Source: Tubulanus polymorphus
Taxonomy: Eukaryota; Animalia; Nemertea
DNA: 64,000 bases
NCBI RefSeq assembly: GCF_964204645.1
Contig: NC_134031.1
Coordinates: forward strand, 13,689,807-13,753,806
Reading direction: 5' to 3'
In this document: positions 26,383 to 36,141 of the stretch, in pieces
Numbering within the stretch: position 1 is the stretch's first letter
Layout: each line of letters begins with the position of its first letter
Program-made: the position numbers and the translations under genes
The notes under the pieces: model-generated
What the model was told of the DNA's origin: nothing
What the model saw: the letters and a program-made list of their open reading frames with translations, nothing else
Database searches by the model: none

Positions 26383-29291
26383 GGCACAGTAACCGACTGG
26401 CTCTCCGGGCCAGATTTTCTCACAACGGCTGCGCCAGACAATATACCGCCGCTCAGTACTGGTCTACAGCTTGGCCTCCCTAACGCACGGGCCGGGCCAA
26501 ATAACTTCGTCGGGGATCCCCTCTACACGTCGTGCCTCCTATCGATTCTAGGTGGGTCTTCGGGTCCAATCGTCCTTAACTTGAAGGCGATCATCAACAA
26601 CTCGGAATCCTTTCGTTTCCATGGTAGCGCGTCCTCATTCCAAGGTTGTTCCCGAAACAGGTCGAACTGACTCAGACTCAGATATCCACTCAAAATAAGA
26701 CATAAGACCGTTATTCGTGAAAAATTAACGATTGCCATGTTTATTCAGCTCAACAACGGATTAAAAGAACAGGGTGTTGCTCGTCACTCAAGATCAAAGC
26801 AATCTCCCAATACTCGTAATAAAATATGTGTACTCTCGGAAATCCCCAGGAACAAGGGACGTTTATAACATTTATAAACTGGTCCTTAGGCATAACGACG
26901 GCTCGTAGAACTAATCATGTTCCACGGATATAATATTGTACGAAGGCGCGATTAGGCTCACACCCAAAAATGAGAGAGAGAGAGAGAAAAAGGGGGGGTT
27001 TGAACTATGAGAGTCAAATAATTAAAAGGCTTGAGTCCGAAGCGGAAATGTCGGTGACGATGAGCAGATCCCAATATCTGAACCCGGCCAAGGACCGACT
27101 CGATAATGCCTCCTCTTGAACTACCACTACAGGGATTCTTCATCTTGGTTGGAATTCGCCTTCACTGGTGGTCCGACGCAGGGACTGATCAGTTCCCTGG
27201 TCCGCCCTTCTTTCTTCGGGACACTCATCTCTGGTCCTCTTAGGCAGTAAGACATCAAGGGGAGACTTGGTTTCGACCTGGACTACCACTGGCAGCATGG
27301 TTGATCGTCACCCGACAAATTCCGAAACTCAAGGGGGGTCAAGTGACCCAACGAAATAAAATACCGTCAAAAATGATATTCCCTCACCCTTCTCTCTCAA
27401 CTCAGTTTTAAGAAAAATACTAAGGACCGCACGCGAAATCGCCCGCGGAAATAAATGCAACGAGGCCTAGGCGACCCCGAATAAAATTCGACTCTACAAC
27501 GATGCATTGCATAAATGGTTGAAACGCGAGGCGGATATAGCCGAAACGGTTAGGTCCCGCCGGCGCATTACTAAAGTCAAACGGCTTAGCTGCCCGATTA
27601 TCATCTAACTCGAATTAGAACTCAAGCGTGAGGTATTTCGAGCGACTGGGAGACAGAGAGGAATAGTCCTCGCTGTGCCCCAGTCCCAGCATCACAATGA
27701 TGTGGAAACTCGTTAGAATAATACCTAATGTCCGTATTTTAATACTAGAGGGATCGATCGTCGATCGATAATACTTCTCGTGGAATAGGACGGGTAATGC
27801 CCCATGATTAAGGCGATTAATGCTTAAGGAGGGGAGGGAAGAAATCGGCGACAGTGCCAGCACCCGACTGGAACTCAGTCTCTGCAGATTCTCGTCTAAC
27901 GGCTGACCGGCAGACCCCATTCTTCGTTCTCTTCGCTTTTCCGTGGACCAATATACCATTCCCGTAGGTGGTCAAACCATCGACATCAGACGTCCTCTCC
28001 GGACCCGGCAAATCCCGTAGGCGGCTGAACCATCCGCACCAATAACCCTCGTCGTCTTCAATAGCCTAGCTATCTGGACCGTCAACGGACTGAGACCAAA
28101 ATAACCTACCCAAACCAGTCACCATCGCCAAAATCCACCCACCCGGGACGGGAATTACCTTAGGTAGAGCTTTAAACAAGGGCTGTCGTTGGAGACAACC
28201 TAATACTATCGCAGTGATGATTGGCGAATACTACAGAAGTTTAGAATAACATGGCGGGCCGGGGACAATCAGGACCTCGCGGCACGGAAACAATAACAAA
28301 TACCAATAATAAAAGCAACGTAATTCAATCACATCCCCCCGAGGAAAGGAAACCCGGTCCCCGTCGGGACGCGGGAGGTAGGCCTACAACTTGCTTACAT
28401 TGTAACTTGGAATATAGTATTCGTTGGTTAGAGAGAGCTAAATTGAACCATGCGAGTGGTCGACGCTCAGGTCAGAATCCCAAACTAACGCGCTGCCCGC
28501 CTTATATAGGGCTCGTTGTCCCCGCGTTGTCCTGATTGGCTACCCGCCTTTGTCCCCGCTACGCTCCAATAGGTTGAAAATCACGTGGTACGGCGTGACG
28601 TCACGATCACGCGTGACTGACCGCCGTCCACGACGTCGCTCGATCGGAACCTACAAGCATAGATTTATTTATACGAACTCCGGTCCGAGTCGAGCATTAA
28701 AAACTCCGAAAAGAAAAAGATTTATTATCAAGAGAATATTTAACTTCCAATTAGTTACAAAAAAATGTAGTTCACCGAAAGAGGGAGCACTCAAGCGGTC
28801 GGCACCGCGGAGTACCAAATTGAACCGGCCCGAATCCGGGCGCTACTCGACTTCACTAGAGCGGAATTCATATATCACAATATAACATCGTTAGGATATA
28901 AATACGAACGTATTGGTAAGAAGATTTAAGACGTACTGATGTGCTTTAAGAGCAGTTTGATTTCTTGAACAACTGGTTCCGCCGAATAGTTATAAAGACG
29001 GTAAGACAACATAGTCTGAGTAAAATCCCCCAACGAACACAACTCGACTGGACGCGAGCTGAGTTCGTCCCGCAACGCAGTAAGAAAGGTAACCAGGTTA
29101 TAAACGGGAATAAAGGATAAGGAAATTGAATAATTGGTGCTATTTTAAGGATCTATAAATATTAGACGCTATCTGTGGCGATACATGAGGGATTCAAAAC
29201 TGGCGCTCTGGCCCGGTTATAAAACTGCTATGCAGGCAAGAAAGTGATTTAAATTTGGCGCCTATAACATCATCACGGAATTTCCGCTACA
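26383..29291 (-). repeat. 3' LTR (starts TGTAGCGG at 29291; last ~17 bp missing)
   Basis: Follows the polypurine tract. 26383-29131 matches 36159-38906, with three substitutions and microsatellite-length differences seen by eye. Confidence 0.9.
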
Positions 29292-29307
29292 CCACCCCCT
29301 CCCAGCC
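29292..29307 (-). other. Polypurine tract
   Basis: GGCTGGGAGGGGGTGG immediately before TGTAGCGG. Confidence 0.8.
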
Positions 29308-29409
29308 TTCACGCGTCCCGCGTGAGAAAGAAAGAAAGTAACATGATATAATGCGATAAAAAGGTTTTTTTTTTTTATATGTAAGAACGACCGACGACCG
29401 GTTCGAAAG

Positions 29410-31084
29410 CTAAGCGTAAGACGTTTCAATCTCGCACGCCACGCAGTCGACGGGCATGTCGTCGAATCCATAGATGATCATATCTCCCAGCGGCAACGGG
29501 TGCACATGCACCTCACCGAAAGGCGCCGAAGAACTACGCGCGGGCGGATCCCAATCGATCTCGGCTGCGACCGCCATCTTTCTACAGAACGGGCACGCGA
29601 AGTGCGCCGAAGGAATTGCTCGGTAGATGGCGGGTCTACCGTGGCACGTCGGGTGCTCGTGCACCACCACTCGCTGCGAGATTCCGGGTGCAGCCTTAAA
29701 TTGTTGCTGCTCCTTTACCGGTCGAGGAGCGTCCTCCGCGGTCACGGGCGGAACGATCGGCCCGGGCTGGGACTCCTGAGTGATATTAATGCGAGTCGGT
29801 TCATACGTGGGGGTCGCGTTGCCCCACCAGTTCTGGAACCCGGTACCAAGTTGTTCCGGCGAATATGGTTCCGGAAGTGTCCTGTTCCGCTCTTCCCGTT
29901 CTCTCTTCCGTTTCTCCTGCAGCCTGGACCTCTCCAACTCCCTCTTGCTCCTCTCTCGCTCGCTTATCTCTCTCCTCCGTCGCTCCTCCTCCACGCGCTG
30001 CTTCCTCGCGGCTTCTTTCGTCGCTGTAGCTTCGGCTGCCCGGCGTTCCCGGCTAGCGTGTGCAAGTCGCACAACGCGTCTTTTAAACTCGCGCGCATGG
30101 TCATGTGACGACTGTTCCACGATGGAACTATGGGCCGCATCCAGGACAGACGGGTCCAGTTTGGATAGAGTCGACGACGGGGAATTAACGGTGTGCGGCT
30201 TCGACGAAGAATTAACGATCTGCGGCTCCGACGAAGAATTAACGGTGTGCGGCTTCGACGAAGAATTAACGATCTGCGGCTCCGACGAAGAATTAACGGT
30301 GTGCGGCTTCGACGAAGAATTAACGATCTGCGGCTCCGACGAAGAATTAACGGTGAGCGGCTTCGACGAAGAATTAACGATCTGCGGCTCCGACGAAGAA
30401 TTAACGGTGTGCGGCTTCGACGAAGAATTAACGATCTGCGGCTCCGACGAAGAATTAACGGTGTGCGGCTTCGACGAAGAATTAACGATCTGCGGCTCCG
30501 ACGAAGAATTAACGGTGTGCGGCTTCGACGAAGAATTAACGATCTGTGGCTCCGACGAAGAATTAACGATCTGCGGCTCCGACGAAGAATTAACGGTGCG
30601 CGGCTTCGACGAAGAATTAACGATCTGCGGCTTCGACGAAGAATTAACGATCTGCGGCTCCGACGAAGAATTAACGGTGTGCGGCTTCGACGAAGAATTA
30701 ACGATCTGCGGCTCCGACGAAGAATTAACGGTGTGCGGCTTCGACGAAGAATTAACGATCTGCGGCTCCGACGAAGAATTAACGATTTGCGGCTCCGACG
30801 AAGAATTATCTCTCGCGCGTTTCGTTGGTGGTTCGCCCTCACCCAGGGAGACACGGGGAGGCTGGTCCCAGAGTTCCTCTATGACTTTTAAGACCTTAGT
30901 CGGGGTTCGGTGATCCCGGCGCGCATGTCTCCGGATGGAATCGGCCCGAGAGCCCGTCTTCCCGCATGCGGTGCATCGATAGGAGACTCCAACGCGTGCG
31001 ATCGAGTCACACGTCTCCTGGTGTCGCTGCAAAGTTGCCGAGTCACGGAAGTGATAATGGCATCCGTGGCACTTCTCTCGCGTC
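29410..31084 (-). CDS. Gypsy ORF3 (~558 aa if spliced): two C2H2/C2HC zinc fingers, 23 x 9-aa Ser-rich repeat, charged coiled coil, Cys/His-rich C-terminus
   Basis: CHGC-x12-HQETC and CTAC-x12-HARRDH. No in-frame ATG near the start (the track start is GTG). Strong acceptor ttcttttcttttctttAG ending at 31085. Confidence 0.8.
30182..30808. repeat. 27-bp coding minisatellite, 23 units, two alternating variants (VNSSSEPQI / VNSSSKPHT)
   Basis: Directly visible; units counted from the translation. Confidence 0.97.
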
Positions 31085-31163
31085 CTAAAGAAAAGAAAAG
31101 AACAGCCGGGTCCCACATAAGTAAAGCGTTGAGTTAGGGTAGGAGTCGGCGAACCGCCTAGGC

Positions 31164-34100
31164 CTAAAGGTACAGAAAGGACTCATCCCGTCGTTGAGTA
31201 GGAACCCGCGAGCTCCTCCGTTGGGAAGTAGGAGTGTCAGTTACAGTCAGCTCGGTTGCGTCGTGATTTAAACCCAGGTATTGGGTTCCCAGATAAGGCT
31301 TTAGTCGGTCGTAATGTACTATTTTGGGGGCGTTGGTCGGCATATCTTGTATTTCGTAGACTGTTTCAGAGCGCTTCTGTAAGACGGTGTATGGTCCTGT
31401 CCAATTCAACTGAAACTTCCGGTTGGGATTTCCGCTCGTGATTTTCGGTTGGTACAGCCACACAAGGTCCCGGGCCTCATATGGTTTCCCATAACGTCGT
31501 TGGTCATGGAGATTCTTCTGACGAAGAGTATTCTTTGCTAACGCTTTCCGGGCATCGCGGTGGGCTGTCTCCATCCGTTTCCGAAGCTGGCTGACGTACT
31601 CAGTGGTCGACGGGAACTTGTCTTTAGGCGGAAGGCCAACTATGAGGTCTACGGGGAGATCTACCTCCCGCAGCAACATCAGATAGTTCGGAGAGGCTTC
31701 AGTCGTATTATGTCTAGCCGCACGATAAGCCATCGCAGCGAACGGCAACTGTAAATCCCAGTCGAAGGGGTCATCGGCAGACATCAGGGACAGCATCGAT
31801 ATCAGACTGCGGTTAAAACGCTCGACCATACCGTCACTCTGGGGCCTGTATGGAGTAGTGCGGGTTTGTTTTATACCGAGGAGGATGCAGACTTCTTTGA
31901 ATAATTTGGATTGAAAATTCGAACCCTGATCAGTATGGAGCTCACGAGGTACGCCAAAACGGCTGAAAAACTCTGTCACTAGTTTGTTGGCTACCGTCTC
32001 GGCCTCCATATTGGGAATAGCGTAACATTCAACCCATTTGGTAAAATAGTCCATAGCAACGACGACATAGACGTTGCCGGCCGTGGTCTCCTGGAGGGGG
32101 CCCATAATATCTACGGCGATACGCTCCATGGGTGCTCCTACGTTGTAAATCTGAAGTTCAGCCTGAAATTTCTTTGCCGGGGGTTTCTTCCGAGGACAGA
32201 GCTCACATTGCTTCACCCATAACTCAATATCTTCTCTCATCCCGGGCCAGTAATACCTCTGTTGTAACTTGGAAAGAGTTTTCTCGATCCCTAGGTGTCC
32301 CCCGGTACGAGCCGAATGGAGTTGGTGGAAAATAGTACGGCGGAAATTCGGCGGAACAATCAGTTGGGAAAATCCATCCTCAGATCTACACTCCCGGAAT
32401 AGAATCTCGTTGTTGAACGATAGAAGCTCCCACTGAGCCCAATATCGTTTGGCGTTGGTACTCTTATCTGAGACGTCTCGCCACGGTGGCTTGGAGATGC
32501 CGGCTATCAACCCGTCGATCGCCCACTCTAAATCTTCGTCGGTTCTCTGAGCTGACTTGAGCTCCTCTAAGTCCCACGGTTCATCTAATTGAGATTCGAC
32601 GACTCCGTCTTCGATCACGTGTATATACCCTATCTTATCACACTGCTTACACGGCATCCTCGATAACCCGTCAGCGTTACCGTGTTTTACTCCGGGACGG
32701 TGCTCAATCCGAAACTGATAAGTCGACAAGGCTTCCAGCCAACGGGCAATTTGACCTTCGGGTTCCTTCAGATTCATCAGCCAACGGAGGGCGCTGTGAT
32801 CAGTGCGGATGAGAAAATCTTGTCCGTAGAGATAGTGCTTAAAATGCTTCACGAAGAACACGACCGCCAATAATTCACGCCGAGTCACGCAGTAGTTCTG
32901 TTCCGCGCGGTTGAGCGTGCGACTTCCAAATGCGATCGGGAGTTCCTCGTTTCCTTGCACCTGACTCAACACGCCTCCGATGGCGAAGGCACTAGCGTCG
33001 CAATCCAATATATACGGGTCCGTGACATTCGGGTATGCTAGGATGGGTGCGTTGGTCAACTTCTCTTTCAGCTCCCGGAAAGCTTGCTCCTGCTCGTCCC
33101 CCCAGATAAAATCTTGGTCTTTAGTCGTGAGTCTGTGGAGGCTGCCCGCGATCTTCGCGAAACCGGCGACGAATCTCCTGTAATAAGTGGCAAGGCCCAA
33201 GAAACTACGAACTTCCTTGACATTTCTGGGCGTTGGCCAATCCCGTATACACTGGATCTTGGACGGGTCTGTCTGTATGCCCTCGTGACTAACCACGTGC
33301 CCGAGAAAAACTACCGACCGCTGGAAAAGCGAGCACTTGCGGGGTTTAAGTTTGAGTCCGGCTTCTTCCAATTTACTGAAGATGAGGTCCAACCGTTCGA
33401 CCATCTCTTTAACGGAGCTACTAAACACCAACACGTCGTCGAGGTATATTAAACAAATCTCCCACTGGAGCCCAGTTAAGACCATTTCCATCAATCTTTC
33501 GAAGGTTCCCGGAGCTCCGGACATACCGAAAGGAAGAACAGTGAACTCCCACAATCCACTCTGCGTAATGAAGGCGGACTTCTGTTTCGCGTCCTCGCTC
33601 AACGTAACTTGCCAATAACCGGAATTCAGATCTAGGGTGCTAAACCAGACGGCGCCTCCCAGACATTCCAGCGAACGATTGATATTCGGGATAGCCATGC
33701 TTTCTATGGTCGTTACTTCGTTTAGTCGGCGATAGTCCACGCAGAAACGTGTGCTTCCGTCTTTCTTGGTCACCAATACAATCGGGGACGACCAGGGGGA
33801 CCGGGACCTCTCTATCAACCCGCGGCGATGCATGTCTTCGATCAAATTCTCTGTTTCCTTGCGTTTGGTCAGGGGAGGAAGTCTCGGCGCCTGTCGTATG
33901 GGTGGGTGATTCCCGGTGTCCACCTCATGGGTGACCAAATCTGTCCTTCCCAGGTCTTCATCGGTTTCCGAAAAAGCTGAAGCATGTTTAATCAGTAGCT
34001 CCGCCACCAAGGGAGCGTCTTCCTGGCTGAGGTTCTTTACGCTGGCTTGATACAGTTCTTCCAGGTGTTCTGGAATGTCGTGGTTCGCACTAGGTTCTTC

Positions 34101-34913
34101 GGATTCTGAGTTCTTTTCTTCCATCTCAACGGTTCGAATCGTGGAAACGGTAATGAGTCTTCCCAGGACTGTAGACTGCGGAAGAAGGATAGGGCTGTAT
34201 CCCAAATTCATCACTCGAACACAAGTGGAACTCCGCTCTCGAGTGTCGACCAGTGTTCGGGCCACAGCCAGATCTCCGCCCTCGTATCGTCCTGTACCCT
34301 CGATGATACCAAACGATGGAATATCGGAATCCCCAGAGATAGAAGTGGGTATGACCATCTGGTGTCGAGCTGGTATTTCTATCGCTTCCAGGGTCCTCGC
34401 TAATAATTCGGTTTCGGGTTCTAATGAATTCTTCGTGTGGCAGACGATCTCTTCGTTACCGCAAAATAGCAACGAATTACCCACATCCAGGTACGAGCCG
34501 GTTCGTTTCAGAAAGTCCATCCCCAAAATCCCGTCGCCAGCGATATCCGCGACGATGACGTCAATCCTTAACGGTTTTTGACCTAACGGGAAGGTCAAAG
34601 TGGTTACCCCACCAACAGTTATTTTGCTGTTACTTGGTCCGAAAAGTTTCAAGTCGGATGGTTTGAGCCGTGGTCGGTGTGACTTGGGTATAGCTTCGTA
34701 TGCGGCTCTTGAGAGTATAGTTCGGCAGGCGCCAGTATCTACCAAGAGGGCCATCTGAACTTGTCCTATCTCGGTAATTATGTAAAGTCCATTATCGGCG
34801 ATTTTATCGGGGTGGCAATTAGCAATCCGGACGATGTTTGTTGGAGGGGGCTGCTCGATTTGATCTACTGTCTCCGGCCCACGCCCCCTGGCACCGGAGA
34901 GGAAGCATTTCCC
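31164..34913 (-). CDS. pol: Gypsy Pol polyprotein (protease, RT, RNase H, integrase with GPY/F), expressed by -1 frameshift
   Basis: LVDTGA, YLDD, DAS...TDH, HHCC, D-D-E and WTGPY motifs. The frame stays open upstream of the track ATG (34754) as far as the slippery site. Confidence 0.95.
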   Translation of the reverse strand, partial: GKCFLSGARGRGPETVDQIEQPPPTNIVRIANCHPDKIADNGLYIITEIGQVQMALLVDTGACRTILSRAAYEAIPKSHRPRLKPSDLKLFGPSNSKITVGGVTTLTFPLGQKPLRIDVIVADIAGDGILGMDFLKRTGSYLDVGNSLLFCGNEEIVCHTKNSLEPETELLARTLEAIEIPARHQMVIPTSISGDSDIPSFGIIEGTGRYEGGDLAVARTLVDTRERSSTCVRVMNLGYSPILLPQSTVLGRLITVSTIRTVEMEEKNSESEEPSANHDIPEHLEELYQASVKNLSQEDAPLVAELLIKHASAFSETDEDLGRTDLVTHEVDTGNHPPIRQAPRLPPLTKRKETENLIEDMHRRGLIERSRSPWSSPIVLVTKKDGSTRFCVDYRRLNEVTTIESMAIPNINRSLECLGGAVWFSTLDLNSGYWQVTLSEDAKQKSAFITQSGLWEFTVLPFGMSGAPGTFERLMEMVLTGLQWEICLIYLDDVLVFSSSVKEMVERLDLIFSKLEEAGLKLKPRKCSLFQRSVVFLGHVVSHEGIQTDPSKIQCIRDWPTPRNVKEVRSFLGLATYYRRFVAGFAKIAGSLHRLTTKDQDFIWGDEQEQAFRELKEKLTNAPILAYPNVTDPYILDCDASAFAIGGVLSQVQGNEELPIAFGSRTLNRAEQNYCVTRRELLAVVFFVKHFKHYLYGQDFLIRTDHSALRWLMNLKEPEGQIARWLEALSTYQFRIEHRPGVKHGNADGLSRMPCKQCDKIGYIHVIEDGVVESQLDEPWDLEELKSAQRTDEDLEWAIDGLIAGISKPPWRDVSDKSTNAKRYWAQWELLSFNNEILFRECRSEDGFSQLIVPPNFRRTIFHQLHSARTGGHLGIEKTLSKLQQRYYWPGMREDIELWVKQCELCPRKKPPAKKFQAELQIYNVGAPMERIAVDIMGPLQETTAGNVYVVVAMDYFTKWVECYAIPNMEAETVANKLVTEFFSRFGVPRELHTDQGSNFQSKLFKEVCILLGIKQTRTTPYRPQSDGMVERFNRSLISMLSLMSADDPFDWDLQLPFAAMAYRAARHNTTEASPNYLMLLREVDLPVDLIVGLPPKDKFPSTTEYVSQLRKRMETAHRDARKALAKNTLRQKNLHDQRRYGKPYEARDLVWLYQPKITSGNPNRKFQLNWTGPYTVLQKRSETVYEIQDMPTNAPKIVHYDRLKPYLGTQYLGLNHDATELTVTDTPTSQRRSSRVPTQRRDESFLYL
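34845..34913 (-). promoter_or_regulatory. -1 ribosomal frameshift signal: G GGA AAT plus H-type pseudoknot
   Basis: The heptamer is in the gag frame (P-G-N). Stem 1 TCTCCGG/CCGGAGA; loop AGGGGGC pairs with downstream GCCCCCT; the -1 frame is pol. Confidence 0.8.
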
Positions 34914-35841
34914 GGGCGATTTTGATTGCAGTTGCGCGAAATGTGACCTGGTTGTCCGCAGCTGTAGCAGGTGATGCGGGACTGGTAATTGGTGGGCGCT
35001 GACTGCCTGGGTGGTGAAGTTTTGTCGGCCTTCGTGTCCAGTTTAGCTGCTAACGCGGTCATCTGTTCGGTTAGCTTCTCCAGCTGGTCTCTGACGTCTT
35101 TCATCGCCGAGTCTTGGTGCTGGGCGGCAATACTCCTGGCTGCAGCAGCCGCTTTCTTACCGGAGACGTGATTCGTATCCCGGCGGGCCTCTATTCGACG
35201 GAACGTTTCCACCTCCAGGGCGGCGGTGATTGCCTCCGACAAGGTCTTCGGGCTCGCTTGGAACAGACGCATACGCATCTCAGACTCTTGTAGGGCATCC
35301 ATAAAGTGGGATCTGGCGAGAGCGTCTTTAGTCTTTCTATCCGAGGCCGGATACGCGCGGGCTACTAGATTCTTTATGCTTTGACCTAACTCCTGTAAAC
35401 TCTCTCCCGGCCGTCGTACTCTGGCTCTCAGTTCCGCGGTATATAATTCCTCTCTGACCTGAGGACCAAATCTAAGTTGTAGTGCCGAAATTAAGCACCG
35501 ATAGTCTCTGCTTCGACGGAGTCAAAGTGGGCCTCAAACTCAGTCCAACTAGTCTTCCCGTCATACCGGTCCGGCGTGGTCGCTGGGCGACGTATACGGT
35601 AACGTTTCTGCCGCTCAGTCTGGGACAAGCGGAATTGAACGCGTCTGTCATCACCCTTCTCGTTCGGGTCACAGTCCTCGTCCTCCTCCTCGGCCGCAGT
35701 CTCCATCGGCTCCTCGTCATCAGAAGATCCAAAGTCAGGGGTTACTTGAGGCCCGTCTCCTCCACTCAAAAGGGTCGTAGTCTCATATTCTACCTCTCCG
35801 TCAGAGACGACGGTTTTGTCCGTATTATTACTATCAGTCAT
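34865..35841 (-). pseudogene. gag: Gypsy gag, frameshifted at ~35512
   Basis: N-part ...PDRYDGKTSWTEFEAHFDSV, then in another frame SRDYRCLISALQLRFGP... through CYSCGQPGHISRNC (CCHC knuckle). Confidence 0.85.
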
Positions 35842-36120
35842 CTTGCTGGCTAGAGGAAGGGGAAAGTCGTTAGGGTGGAATAGGAACGGGTATATAGTCA
35901 TGAGGGTTGCCTACGGGAACGAGCAAGAGAAATTTTAACAGGTTATCAAGAGCAACGAGCAACCATTCAACACGTGTAACATGACACAAAAGAAATATGA
36001 ATTAATGGTTCTTTAACTAAAAAAAGTGAGATATCTGAGTCCGACACAATTGAGGGGGCTGGTATCCCGGTCTCAACGCCGTTTCCATCTGCGTCAGTTC
36101 TTCTCTGTGTTTCTCGAAGT

Positions 36121-36138
36121 ATCCCACCGCTGCCACCA
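36121..36138 (-). other. Primer-binding site complementary to the tRNA-Leu 3' end
   Basis: TGGTGGCAGCGGTGGGAT, three bases after the LTR end ...CGGTTACA (36142). Confidence 0.88.
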
Positions 36139-36141
36139 CTT

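Noticed and set aside
26365-28885. Short ORFs inside the LTRs, present twice
   Set aside because: Duplicated only because the LTR is; no recognisable motifs.
30182-30808. CRISPR-like array
   Set aside because: No unique spacers, no cas genes, eukaryotic context; it is a coding minisatellite. The same applies to 4623-4870 and 46955-47483.
29500-30913. Overlapping ORFs of 202, 377, 296 and 232 aa
   Set aside because: They are alternative frames of ORF3 and its stop-poor 27-bp repeat; only the zinc-finger frame has domains.
29410-31116. ORF3 as envelope glycoprotein (many NSS sequons)
   Set aside because: No signal peptide and no TM anchor; zinc fingers indicate an intracellular protein.
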